NCBI RefSeq assembly: GCF_009914755.1 | Contig: NC_060936.1 | Reading direction: 5' to 3' (one strand) | Source: the human T2T-CHM13v2.0 reference genome, Homo sapiens | Length of the DNA stretch: 64,000 nt | Shown here: positions 1 through 19,720 of the stretch, one piece after another | How positions within the stretch are numbered: position 1 is the stretch's first letter | How the letters are laid out: every line of letters begins with the position of its first letter | Notes under the pieces: generated by a model | Seen by the model: only the letters and a program-made list of their open reading frames with translations | What the model was told of the DNA's origin: nothing | Database searches by the model: none | Made by a program: the position numbers and the translations under genes

Positions 1-120
1 AGACTTTGTCTCAAAAAAAAAAACCACAAAAAAACTGATTTTAGACAGCTGAGAATCTATATATAACTGACACATAAGTATGCTATACATATCTGTATGT
101 TTAGAAAATGTTTAAAAGAG

Positions 121-424
121 GCCGGGCGCGGTGGCTCACACCTGTAATCCCAGCACTTTGGGAGGCCTAGGTGGGTGGATCACTTGAGGTCAGGAGTTTG
201 AGACCAGACTTGCCAATATGGTGAAACCCTGTCTCTATTCAAAATACAAAAATTAGCCGGGTCTGGTGGCTCACGCCTGTAGTCCCATCTACTCAGGAAG
301 CTGAGGCAAGAAGCTGCCTCCCAAGAACCTCTGCCTTGGGAGGCAGAGGTTGCAGTGAGCTGAGATCACACCACTGCACTCCAGCCTGGGCAACAGAGTG
401 AGACTCCGTCTTGGAAAAAAAAAA
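121..424 (+). mobile_element. AluS with TSD AAATGTTTAAAAGA
   Basis: Full dimer; TSD on both flanks. Confidence 0.95.
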
Positions 425-949
425 TGTTTAAAAGAACAGAACTGGAGAAAATAATAGAAAAGGAAATGGATCTGTATGCAGCCCTACCAGAGCTGGAAGC
501 TGTGAGCTCAGGCTAAATTATCTTTTCATTTCTAGAGTTATATGCTTATAGTATCCTTTTCCTCCATCAGTCGACTTTAGCATTATCAGTCATACGTGCG
601 TGTTTTTACATTTATTTTAATTCGGCTATGGATCTCACATTCACAAAGGTCTCACATAAACTTTAGAACTTATCTCTAAAAATGATTATTCCCACAGTCA
701 CAGATTCATTTTTGTTTGTTTGTTTGTTTTTGGATCAAGACTTTCCTGGAAATCACTGATAGTTTTGAAAGCACACAGTATTCACCATGCAACTTTAAAC
801 TTTAAACACAGCCTCTGTTGTAAGCCTGCAATGATTAAAATCTTTAATAAATCCTGAAATTTTTCTCTGAATAGCAAAAAAGACTGCATTGTGTATATGT
901 TCTAACATTGTACATATTTAATTAGAATTAAAAACATTACTAAATGTAA

Positions 950-1887
<938 letters not shown>

Positions 1888-2307
1888 TAAGTGGTCTGGC
1901 CCTCTCTTTAAACTTCTGAGTTTGGGTGGATAGTTGAGTTGGGTTGGGTGGTTAGAGAAGAAATGCTCTGGACAGATTGAAAGACTAAATTCCTACAAGG
2001 AAAAGTGGTCATTTTTCTGTGGTTTTATCCCAGGGGAGTTGGGGCACACTGTAGTAAAGGGATGTATACTCTCCAAGATGCAATGCCGCCTCGAAATGCC
2101 TGCCTGGCTCATGGGTGTCATGAGATCTGACTAGTCACCATGTGTGTTCCTAAGGTTCCTCAGCTCATCAGATCTCACCCCAAGGTGGCCCAACCTAAGT
2201 AAAAGGCAAATCACAACGGACATATCCAGGCCCTGCCCTAAAGAGGCAAGCTGATAGTTACTCATATCCATTTTATGTTTAGGAGGGGTAATAAGAAATT
2301 CGGTTTG

Positions 2308-2583
2308 CAAACACCGCATGTTCTCACTCAGATGGGAATTGAACAATGAGAACACATGGACACAGGAAGGGGAACATCACACTCTGGGGACTGTTGTGGG
2401 GTGGGGGCAGGGGGGAGGGATAGCATTAGGAGATATACCTAATGCTAAATGATGAGTTAATGGGTGCAGCACACCAGCATGGCACATGTACACATATGTA
2501 ACTAACCTGCACATTGTGCACATGTACCCTAAAACTTAAAGTATAATAATAATAATAGTAAAAAATAATAATTAAAAAAAAAA
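2308..2583 (+). mobile_element. 5'-truncated L1PA (L1PA3-like) 3' UTR with poly(A) and a 15-bp TSD
   Basis: Canonical L1 3' end ending ...CCCTAAAACTTAAAGTATAATAA; TSD AAGAAATTCGGTTTG at 2293-2307 and 2582-2596. Confidence 0.95.
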
Positions 2584-2725
2584 GAAATTCGGTTTGGACC
2601 CATTGGAATAGGGAGAGGGAGGAAGACATGGCATTTAGTCCTTGCCCTACAAAAATATCTCCGTTCTAGGAGCCTGCGTTTGTGGGGATTCAGCCTGGGG
2701 TTCCCTGCCTCTGCTCACCCCATAG

Positions 2726-3202
<477 letters not shown>

Positions 3203-3329
3203 TAGCTTGGTTCCCTCCTATTCCCCAGCGCACTCATCCTAGGGGCTCATCTGCGTATTTGAATACGCATACGGAAGAATAAACATCCCCCAGGTACTTC
3301 AGGCACAACCCTCCTTTGGCAGCGCAGAA

Positions 3330-3860
3330 GTCAAGCTAGAGGTCGTGACCCCCTGGAGTCTCGGTGGTTTCGGGTTGGGGAGCAGAGCGGGTGGGGCAGG
3401 ACCGACTCGCCGGTGCCAGTCAGGATATCAAGGTGACAGCGCCCGGCACTGGCCTTGGTCGAAGGGTGACTCCGCCCCATTGCTAAGCTCCGATTGGGCA
3501 CGCCCTTTTCTGGTTCTTCCTCAGGATTGGCTGGGAGGTGCGGCCTATGAACCGGAACGCGTCGCGATTGGTTGGCGCTCAGGCCGATCTTCCAGACGCG
3601 GAGGCCTGGGCCGATGTGGCCCAACTCTCTGCCAGCCAATCAGCGCTCGGGCTGAGTGTGGCGCGTGAGTGTGTCCGGGATCCCTCCGCCGCCCGGGCGT
3701 TGGGGTCGCGGGAAGGGAGGGGACTGGGAGGGGATGGGGTGGGGACGCGCAGGAGGCCCGTGGGGTTGACTTGGGCGAGGCGGAGAGGACGCGTGTGCTG
3801 GCAGATGGAGGAGAACCGAGCGGAGCCGAGCAGCTTTGCCAGGAGTCTTCCACTACTGCT
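3330..3860 (+). promoter_or_regulatory. Orphan CpG-rich promoter-like element with four CCAAT boxes
   Basis: ATTGG at 3493, 3526 and 3567; AGCCAATCAG at 3634-3643; CCGCCC at ~3471; CCGGAA at 3552; CpG-rich and non-repetitive; GTGAGT donor at 3665. Confidence 0.75.
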
Positions 3861-3917
3861 AAGGACCCCTCCTGCAAATTCAGACTCTTGCGTGACACAC
3901 TAAAGAATAAATTAATA

Positions 3918-4223
<306 letters not shown>

Positions 4224-5657
4224 TCAATAAATTTAAAAATTAAAAAGGAACGCCACCAAAAGAATCATGAAAACAAATAAAGGCTAATAAAAATAAAAGA
4301 AAGGCTTAAAGTGCCCAAAATGTCCAAAAGAAATGCACAATATCGACTTACAGTATAGACAGAAGAGACCTGCAAATTCTGCAGCCTTAATACCTTCAGT
4401 CTTTTTGGAAATGTTTCAGGAGCTGCTGCTCTGTGCCCTGCCTCGTGCTAGGCGTCGGGGAACCCCCAAGGGAACCACGGGGACCAGAGCCCGGCGGTCA
4501 TGGCGCTTGCTCTTGGAGGCACATAAAGGGCTTCATTTCAGATGATGAAAGTGCAATGGGGTGATGGAGTGGAGAATGTGGGCGCTCTGAATTTTAACCA
4601 CGTGCTATGACATGGGGTGGGGTAAGGCTCCTAATCTAGGAGCAGCCTTCTCGAGGTCTTTAACCATCTGCATAAGAGATAGTATAAAAAAGGTAAGGGA
4701 CATTTGTGTGTGCGCGCAAGTAAGATTTCTTTGCATCTTATTACAACATCTATCCCCTCCCTTCACCGTATGTGCCAGCTAATACACTAGGGACTTTGTA
4801 TTTTTCAGGATCCTTTTCTCCAGAAGCCTGGCTACTGAAGAGAGAACTTCACACTTACATAAGAGGAAAAAGAAGCCAGAGGATGGAGTGTCACCTCATC
4901 TGGTCATCTTTTCTTGCCCTGTTAGAATCAAGACAGCAGAGCATAGCAAGCTTCAGATGGCTTGTCTGGCTGGTCTGAGTCTCTTTAGGATTAAATGAGG
5001 CCTCTGTTGATGGAGATCCTTTGTTTCACTATTAGCATTAGGCTAATAAGTTTCAGTATTTTCTAAACCCCGTTTTAGGGTATGTCTCCTGGTTGTTGGT
5101 GATGTTGAATTACAGGGTGTCCTACAGAGAGTAGCAGAAATGTAGCTGTGTCTTCCAAGTATTTGCTATGAGTCCTCAGTGGCAGATGTCTGTGAGCTGT
5201 AGCATAAGATGCATTCATGTAACAAATATCTATTGCGTGCCTGCCGCATGTGAATACAAGGCGAAAGGTCCCTGCTTTCATGAAATTTCATTGTATTTCA
5301 TTGTATTAATTTCATTGAAAGTAATAATCAATTTCAAATAAGGATGATTTGGCCTTGCACTTGAAAGAAGCAAAACAAGATCATGTTTACAGTGCCTGGG
5401 GGTGGAGAGGGGAGGAACATTCTATAGTTGTTGACTGGCTGAGTTGGGGTCAGGTGATCCCAGCAGAAGTGGGCTGATTCATCAAAGATCAATTCATTGA
5501 AAGTCATTTTGCCAAATAATCAATTCAGTGATTTAGCAGAATTTTCCAGATTTACCAACTTACCAAAAATGGCATTTTATGGCTTAATCTTCTTGATTTA
5601 GATTCAATGAATAAGAATACAGTCATCTGAATTTTTTCGGACATATAAGAAAATACA

Positions 5658-6921
<1,264 letters not shown>

Positions 6922-7084
6922 TGAATGTGATTGTTTTTAGTGGATGTGCATAGCATTGTACAGTATGGATTATACTATACTTTGCCGTTCCCATGTTGAA
7001 GGACGTTAGTTTGTTTCTAGTTTTTCACCCTAGGCTTAGTGAAGTAAGACTCACCCAGAGTCTTGGGGCCCTGCTTTTATTAAT

Positions 7085-7511
7085 TGTTTTATTTTTTTTT
7101 ATATTTTTATTTTTTCCAAGGCAGAAGAATTTTTCTTAGTACAGAACAAAATGAAGTCTCCCATGTCTACTTCTTTCTACACAGACACAGCAACAATCTG
7201 ATTTCTCTATCTTTTCCCCACCTTTCCCCCTTTTCTATTCCACAAAACCGCCATCGTCATCATGGCCCGTTCTCAATGAGCTGTTGGGTACACCTCCCAG
7301 ACGGGGTGGTGGCCGGGCAGAGGGGCTCCTCACTTCCCAGAAGGGGCGGCCGGGCAGAGGCGCCCCCCGCCTCCCGGACGGGGCGGCGGCCGGGCGGAGG
7401 CGCCCCCAACCTGCCTCCCGGACAGGGCAGCTGGCCGGGCAGGGGCTGACCCCCCACCTCCCTCCCGGACCGAGATGGCAGCAGTACAGTCCAGCTTCGG
7501 CTCGGCATCAG
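7085..7511 (-). mobile_element. SVA element, ~430 bp, internally deleted and 3'-shortened
   Basis: Minus strand: TGATGCCGAGCCGAAGCTGGACTGTACTGCTGCCATCTCGG (Alu-like start), a few VNTR units, then SINE-R up to AAGAAAAATTCTTCTGCCTTGG and an A-rich tail. Confidence 0.92.
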
Positions 7512-7629
7512 TAGAGATGAGGTTGTGCCATGTTGCCCAGGCTGGTCTTGAACTCCTGGGCTCAAGTGATCTGCCCGCCTCTGCCTCCCAAAGCACTGGG
7601 ATTACAGGCATGAGCCACTGCGCCCAGCC
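7512..7629 (-). mobile_element. Alu left monomer/FLAM abutting the SVA 5' end
   Basis: Alu left-arm sequence ending CATCTCTAC directly at the SVA start. Confidence 0.85.
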
Positions 7630-8424
7630 GGTCCCATCGTTTTCTTATCTTTATTCCTGATGAGGATTTGAAGTTGCATGGTCATATTTTCTCCTCTGCT
7701 TTCCCCTGGGGGCTGGAGAGGAGGTGGGGAAGCTCAACCTTGAGACATCAACTCCGGCACATCTCGTACTTAGTAACTGGCACCGACTCAATATCCACAG
7801 CCCCCTGGGCATGCGGGGAGTGTTGATGCAACCACACCATGGAGGCCAGAAAAAGAAATCCTCAAGCAACACTTTGGCCTGATGGACTCAGGGGACCTGC
7901 CTGAGTCTGCAGTTGGAATCACCCCTTTCCCTTTCTTCTGGCCTGACCTCGGGGAGCCACTGTGTCGGCAGCTGCTGTCTGTGCAGATGCTGCAGCTTCC
8001 TGTCCCTCTGCTCCTCCAGCCTTTCCTTCCGTCTCTGCACTGTTGCTTTGGTTATGACTTGGGTAAAATCAGAGGCTCGAACTTGTTCTCATCTAGTCCG
8101 GCTCCAAGTACTCATCGAATCCAGCAGCATATCCTGATGGTTCTCCCTTCCAAAATAGTTCTATGTATATAGAAGTATTCACAGATTTATATTTATATAA
8201 AAATAAATGTATATATTTACACTATGGGATGTAGAGCTATCTGAATATAACATGTATGTACAATTTATGAAATAATAAATGCACACCAAGTAGTCACCAC
8301 CCAGCTTAATAGGGGATGACCAGTATCGTGGAAATCCCTCCCTAAATTCAGCCTCTTTATTTGTCCTATGAGAAACCAGTGCTATATCTATAGCTCTATA
8401 TACCACTATGTAAGTATATACATT

Positions 8425-9726
<1,302 letters not shown>

Positions 9727-9899
9727 CTTTTTTTCCCCCATGTTTGGGGCTTGTCTTTGTCTCTCAAATGCGAAATATAAATCATGTTTTTACAAGTTTT
9801 GTGAATCTTGACTTTTCACACCTTGTTTTTGTAAGCAAAAGTTTCTTATTAAAATAATAAAATGACTGTCTTTGTGTGCAATATTTATCTCAAATGTTT

Positions 9900-10734
<835 letters not shown>

Positions 10735-12419
10735 TGATGTGGTGTGCATTCCTCAATACAGTACATCAAAATTTTATTTTATTCAATCACAACACGGCAT
10801 ATTTATTCCAATTACAGCCAATCCACCTCTTACTTTGATATAAAGTGCTCGTTTTTTATGACCATTTAAGCCTGTGATGAAAATGTCTAGAATTCAACTG
10901 AAGTCAGGATACAGACCCTGAGGTTGCGCACAGTCCTGTCAGGAGAGACTCCAAAGTGGGGATTCTTTGGCAAGGAAGACAGGGGTTTCTCACTGAGCAG
11001 GCAGCCATCAGTGTCCGCCATGTTGATTTTCTTTACCGACTCTCTCCCTAAGACAGAAATTTTGTATTTTTCCAGCTTCTTCTTAGCACTTTGGCTTTTG
11101 TTTTTATGTGTGCAAAGAGATATCAAGCTTTGCGAAGAGAGGAGAAAAGTGAGATTACAATTTCCCAGAGCATATGGACTATCCTCGGGTACTTCTGGTT
11201 TCTGTCTCAACTATGGGTGCCATTCCTCTTCCAGACCATCCGTTTGGTACTTTTTGGGAAATATCTTTGCTGTTTCCAAATACTCATGTGTTTTATATGA
11301 AACCCCTTTCAACATATTCCAGTATGCGGAGCTTGCAGTGAGCCGAGATTGCGCCACTGTACTCCAGCCTGGGAGACAAAGCCAGACTCTTGTCTCAAAA
11401 AAAAAAAAAAAAAGGGACGTGGGAGAGGAAGCAAGATGGGTCTTGAAAAGACACCTCCGAAGGCCCGTGAGTGTCTGGAAGTATGTCACAGGGGGTGAGG
11501 GCTAAGTCTCCAGTCATTCTGGCTGTGGCTCACCTCTGCCTTGGGCTACCTCACAGGTGCTGTGTCTGGTTGGGTGGGCCAAGCTGGAGGAATTAGGAGT
11601 GAACCAAGTGGCCGTCAGATATATAAATCCAGGCTTTTCCCTGCCCCATGAAAACTGGTCAACCCACTGGTCAAAGTGGATTTCCACATGCATGAGGGCT
11701 GGGTCTGTGCTTTACACAGCTGGGTCCCCATTGCCCAACTCACAACGGGCAACCTCTAGGCACGTGCTGAGGGAATGAATGTTTCTTGAACTCCTACTGT
11801 GGGTCAGGCATTGGGGACTGCGTGGTGCACTAGTGAGACAAGGATCCTGCCCCTGTGGAATTTGCATTCTGGTGTTAAAGGAATGAACACAAATACGTAG
11901 ATCTCTCAAAGATGAATCTCCCTCTGGGTGGAAATGGACTAATGCCTGGCAAATGCAGTAACAGGGAGACAAAGAGCCAGAGGTGGCCCCAGAATTTGGA
12001 GGCCAGGGAGGGGGCAACCTAGAAGTCATGTTTATATAGCAAGCACCCTGTTTTAGGTTTGAATCTCCGTTTATATGTGGTGATTGGGAGATGGAAGCTG
12101 TTTAAAATTAGGTGGTGGAAGTGGGAGTTTACTTCATAAAATTCCAATACTGGTCAGGCATGGTGGCGCGATCCTGTAATCCCAGCCACTCGAAAGGCTG
12201 AGGCAGTAAGATCACTTCAGCCCAGGAGTTCGAGGTTGCAGTGAGCTATGATTGCGCCACTGCACTCCAGCCTGGGCAATACAGCGAAACCTCGTCTGTC
12301 TCTAAAAAATAAAAATAAAAACAAATTAAGCTCCAACACTGCAAAAAACTATTTTGGGGGAAGTTGATTGGGTGGCTAAGATAATAAATGAAGACAAACA
12401 ACTTGGGATGGTCTTTAAC

Positions 12420-13810
<1,391 letters not shown>

Positions 13811-13874
13811 CTTTCCCCCTTTTCTTTTTAAAAATCTTTTGGAGAAAGCATTTTTAGAAGAAAATGAGTCTCAG

Positions 13875-14230
<356 letters not shown>

Positions 14231-15434
14231 TTATTCCTAGACAGGTAGGTCCCAAGTTATTAGGAAGGCTCATTTTTAGCAGGTTGTGAAGTCTCATGTC
14301 CTATGAAGAGAAAACGGGGGAGGAAGGGAGAAAAGCAATAACAAACAAAAGAACAATCCTGGAAAATTGATATAGGCCACATTACCCTGAAGTCCATACA
14401 TCAGTAGGCAGGGATGAAAATGTCTTATGTTTGTAAATAGGTTGCTGTTATTTTCTTCTGAAGTTTAAGTTGTCTAGCTTCAGTTTGCAGGGCTTTATGA
14501 AAGCATAGCTTAGTTTTTGGTGACTCCAAATTAGAAAAAATGGGAAAAAAGAAGAAAAAAAATTGAAAACGTTATTTTGCAGGCTTGTAGTCAAGAAAAA
14601 TTAGAATTTGGTCCAAACTGTAGACAATAATAAAAATTGAAAAACATTAAGCAAGACTAGAATCTAACAACAGGTGTACTACAGTTTTTGAAACATAATT
14701 TTTCTCTCTCCAGTTTCCCATTTTTACTAAGGACAAATAATGGTATGACTTATTTGCTTTATTATACTTGGCCTGATTATTTGTATACAATGCTGCAAGA
14801 ATAATATATATTTTTTAACATAGGCTTTTAAATTGGCTTTGATGGAACTTTGTTCCATAGAAGGAATCTCAGATGAGACATTTTAAAGCTGAGTCCAGGC
14901 ATGGATTCATACCATCAAATACCTATGAATTGGTTGAATCCCTTTCTTCTTGAGGTTCCAAGATAAACTTGGAGTTCTTGGACCTGTCAGAAAGTGACAT
15001 TGTTTACTTACCACAGGTCAGGAATCCTGTACAGGGACTGTGTAGGCAGAGGTATGAGGCCAGTTTTTCCAAGGGGCTTTTATTTGCTCCATAAGTCAAG
15101 TTTGATCCCTTAAAGGAAAGCACACCATTCCAGTCAAAGCCTTGTTTCTCCAACTGTGTCCTGTTACAAATGAAAACAGGTTCTTACCGCACTTATGCAA
15201 TTAACTGTATTGTTGTAAGTTAAGAATACTCACAAATAGTTTCCAAAATTTTGTAGAAATCAGGTAGAGAGAAACAAATATGCTCCAAATTTTGTTCATA
15301 GTCGTATCCCGTACTCAATTGTTAAAAGCTATAAATAGCTTAAAAGTTTTCTTCACTCAGAAAAACAAAAAGATCAGCAATGTTTTAAGCAAAAAGTTAA
15401 AAAGATTACAGATTATTTCAGACTTCTTCTTCTT

Positions 15435-16174
15435 CTTTTTTTTTTTTTAGACAGAGTTTCCCTCTTGTTGCCCAGGCTGGAGTGCAATGGTGTGATCTTG
15501 GCTCAGTGCAACCTCTGCCTCCTGTGTTCAAGTGATTCTTCTGCCTCGGCCTCCTGAGTAGCTGGGATTATAGGCATGCGCCGCCATGCCCAGCTAATTT
15601 TGTATTTTTAGTAGAGACGGGGTTTCTCACTGTTGGTCAGGCTGGTCTTGAACTCCCAACCTCAGGTGATCTGCCTGCGTCGGCCTCCCAAAGTGCTAGG
15701 ATTACAGGCCTGAGCCACTGCGCCCGGCCAGGACTACCTACCTCTTAACTGGATCTCTGAGCTCTGGGCAGAGCCCACATTGAATCCTGGGTCTCCAAAA
15801 AGGGAGAAGTATTTTGAAGTTAGACGATGTGATGCTTTTACAGTACGCTTAAATTTTTTTTTTTTTAACAAAGATATTTCTTTTTTTTTTTTTTTGAGAC
15901 AGAGTCTCATTCTGTTGCCCAGGCTGGAGTGCAGTGGCGTGATCTCGGCTCACTGCAATCTCTGCTTCCCGGGTTCATGCCATCCTCCTGCCTCAGCCTC
16001 CTGAGTAGCTGGGATTGCAGGCACCCGCCACCATGGCTGGCTAATTTTTTGTATTTTTAGTACAGATGGGGTTTCACCGTGTTAGCCAGGATGGTCTCGA
16101 TCTCCTGACCTTGTGATCCATCTGCCTTGGCCTCTGAAGTGCTGGGATTACAGGCGTGAGCCACCGTGCCTGGC
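15435..16174 (-). mobile_element. Two antisense Alus in MER4-int (15435-15729, 15881-16174)
   Basis: Alu consensus matches. Confidence 0.92.
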
Positions 16175-16764
16175 CAACAAAGACATTTCTAAGTGTCTAA
16201 ACTACACTCTTCCTTAAAAACCCCAGAGTAGCATCTGTTGCAATAGCTGTTAATGAAAAAAACAGAATTCAGTCAACTGAGAAAAACAAAAACAAAAACA
16301 AAAAAACCTTTGCTCTAAAAAAAAAGCATCAGTTCCTAGGAGAGAAAAACAAAAACAAAAACATGATAGCCTTTTAAATACAAACACGAGCACATGCGCA
16401 CACACATCTTGGATGTTAGCTTTTAATGAAGCTGACTTTTAACCATTGAGCTCCTTTAAAAAAATCTTTTTAAAATCTCATTACTATATTTCTGTTAGGA
16501 CAAATTGCTGCTATTTCAGAAGTACCAAGTAGCAAACCAGAAAGGACTTGATTTAGGAACTAAATCTAGGCTGTCGTGGTTAGAAAAAGCAGGCAGAGCC
16601 TTAGCTATGGAACTGCAGCTTGGGGCAACAGCCATTGCTTTCACTTTGGCCTGGCTAGCAAAAAGGTGGCCTTATGTAAATAAAGCCCCTTTAGTAGTTA
16701 AAATCAAACATCTTTCCTCTTTTAATTTTTTTCTTTTGCTGGTTGTTTTTTCCCCCTACCAGGC

Positions 16765-16767
<3 letters not shown>

Positions 16768-16806
<39 letters not shown>
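16768..16806. repeat. (GT)n microsatellite
   Basis: ~19 perfect GT units. Confidence 0.97.
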
Positions 16807-16809
<3 letters not shown>

Positions 16810-17019
16810 TTAGCCACTTTACAGTCCTTGTTCCCAGCAATTTGGAACTTTCCTTTTGATTTGATCAAGTCAGATATAGTTGATCAAACCCAATGGGAAA
16901 AGACCAAAGCAACAACAAAAACAGAGACAAACAAGCAACCAAAAAAGCATTTAAGCCAAACAAAAAATGGCACAACTTATATGATCACTGAGCACGCTCT
17001 AATGGTAAGGATAAATTAA

Positions 17020-17572
17020 TGTTAGAGGAAAGCGGTCCCGATCCAGACCCCAAGAGAGGGTTTTTGGATCTCACGCAATAAAGAATTCAAGGCGAGTCTA
17101 CAGACTAAAGCAAATGCAAGTTCCTTAGGAAAGTAGAGGAATAAAAAGATGGCTACTCCATAGACAGAGCACCCTGAGGGGTGCTGGTTGCCCATTCTCA
17201 TGGTTATTTCTTGATGATATGCTAAACAAGGGGTGGACTATTCATGCCTCCCCTTTTTAGACCATATAGAGTAACTTCCTGACATTGCCATGGCATTTGT
17301 AAACTGTCATGGTGCTGATGGGAGTGTAGTAGTGAAGTCAAGCAGAGGTCACTCTCATCACCACCTTGGTTTTGGTAGGATTTAGCCGGCTTTTTTACTG
17401 CAGCGTGTTTTATCAGCAAGGTGTTTATGACTTGTATTTTGTGCCGACCTCCTGTCTCATCCTGTGACTTAGAATGCCTTCACTGTCTGGGAATGGAGCC
17501 TAGTAGATCTCAGCCTCATTTTACCCAGCCCCTACTCAAGATGGAGCTGCTCTGGTTCAAATGCCTCTGACA
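17020..17572 (-). mobile_element. Solo MER41A LTR nested in the MER4 internal region
   Basis: 553 bp; minus strand TGTCAGAGGCATTTGAACCAGAGC...CCTCTAACA; TSD TTAA at 17016-17019 and 17573-17576; AAAAAGGGGAGGCATGAATA junction typical of MER41A. Confidence 0.9.
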
Positions 17573-17892
17573 TTAAGACCAGCTGGCTGTTAACCTTAAC
17601 TTTAGCCAAGACAAACCCCAATTCAGTTACTTACCTAGGGATGGGTCTTAGGCTGTAGACTGCTCTCTACCATTCTAGAAGCAGGAAAAAAGACCTCATC
17701 TTCCCTGTTGGAAGCGAGCTCAAACTCCATAAAGGAGTTACCTGCCTTCCATTGTCATGGAAGCAGGAAACCTTGCCTTCCTTGTTGGAAGCAAGTAAAA
17801 CTGCAAAGAAAAGAGTTGTACAGCAAAATAAACTTTAGATCTCCACCAAATTTTGGGAGATCAGGGAGGCTCTGGAGGGGGTGCTCTCAGAC

Positions 17893-18734
<842 letters not shown>

Positions 18735-18999
18735 AATGTGTATTTTGATACCCATTGGCATACTATGTATATTATTGTATTATACTATGACATTATCTTG
18801 TGTATGTACACGATGTACTTATTTGTTAATCGTCTCCCGTCTTCCTCACACCTGTACCCCTCCTCTCCTGTTGACAGAGGACAAGAATTTTGTTTTGTTC
18901 GCTGCTGTATCCGCAAAGCTCCCAAAGTCCTCCGAATGCCGCAGGCTCTCAGTAAAGACCTGCAGGAAGAAATAGCGAATGAATGATGTACACGTGTAG

Positions 19000-19720
19000 G
19001 AAACAGCGGGCTCGGACGCCTGGCTTCTCCGGCTGCCCTAACGCCCTCCAGCTCCAGGTGAGGTCGGGGAGCTGGGGCCAAGGCTCGTGAGCGCCCCTCA
19101 CCCCCACGCCCCCCGGCCGCGGGCGCTGGAGCCGGCGGCTGCGAGCACTCCTTTGAGCGGCGCTGCACTCAGCGGAGGGTTACAGGCGGGAGGGCGGGGC
19201 CTGGAAGGGGGCGGGGATTCGAGGCGGGGCCTGCGGGGCGGGGCCTGGGCCAAGCGGCCCGCAGGAGGCGGCGGCGGCCGTTCAGTCCCTTGTTCCCCGC
19301 CGCCGCCGTCGCTGACCCAGCCCGCCAGGCGCTCCTGACCGTCGCTTCCTCCGGTCCCAGGTCCCCGGCCCTCGCCTCAGCCCCGGCCCCTGGTCCCCAG
19401 CCCTCGTCGCAGCCCCGGCCGCCCGCCGCCGCCATGTCCAAGGAGGAGCGCCCCGGTCGGGAGGAGATCCTGGAGTGCCAGGTGATGTGGGAGCCTGACA
19501 GTAAGAAGAACACGCAGATGGACCGCTTCCGGGCGGCTGTGGGCGCCGCCTGCGGCCTGGCGCTGGGTGAGAGTCGGGCGCGCGGCCGGGCCTGCGGGGG
19601 ATGGGCGGGAGCCGTGCAGGGTGGTTGGGTGGTCTCCCCATGGCTAGTTTCACGCTTCTGGGGCTGGAGGAGCCACTTGATGGCGGGGAGGCCTTCTGAC
19701 TGCGGGGTTCCCCCCAGTCT
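19000..19720 (+). promoter_or_regulatory. AACS CpG-island promoter: TATA-less, clustered GC boxes, Inr-like TCAGTCC (A at 19284), SRE-like CTCACCCCCAC at 19097
   Basis: Very high CpG/GC content; several GGGCGG boxes at 19190-19243; Inr consensus 150 nt upstream of the ATG. Confidence 0.9.
19434..19566 (+). CDS. AACS: AACS exon 1 coding part (codons 1-44 plus 1 nt)
   Basis: Kozak gccgccgccATG at 19434; [44 protein letters not shown]; donor G|gtgag at 19567. Confidence 0.98.
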
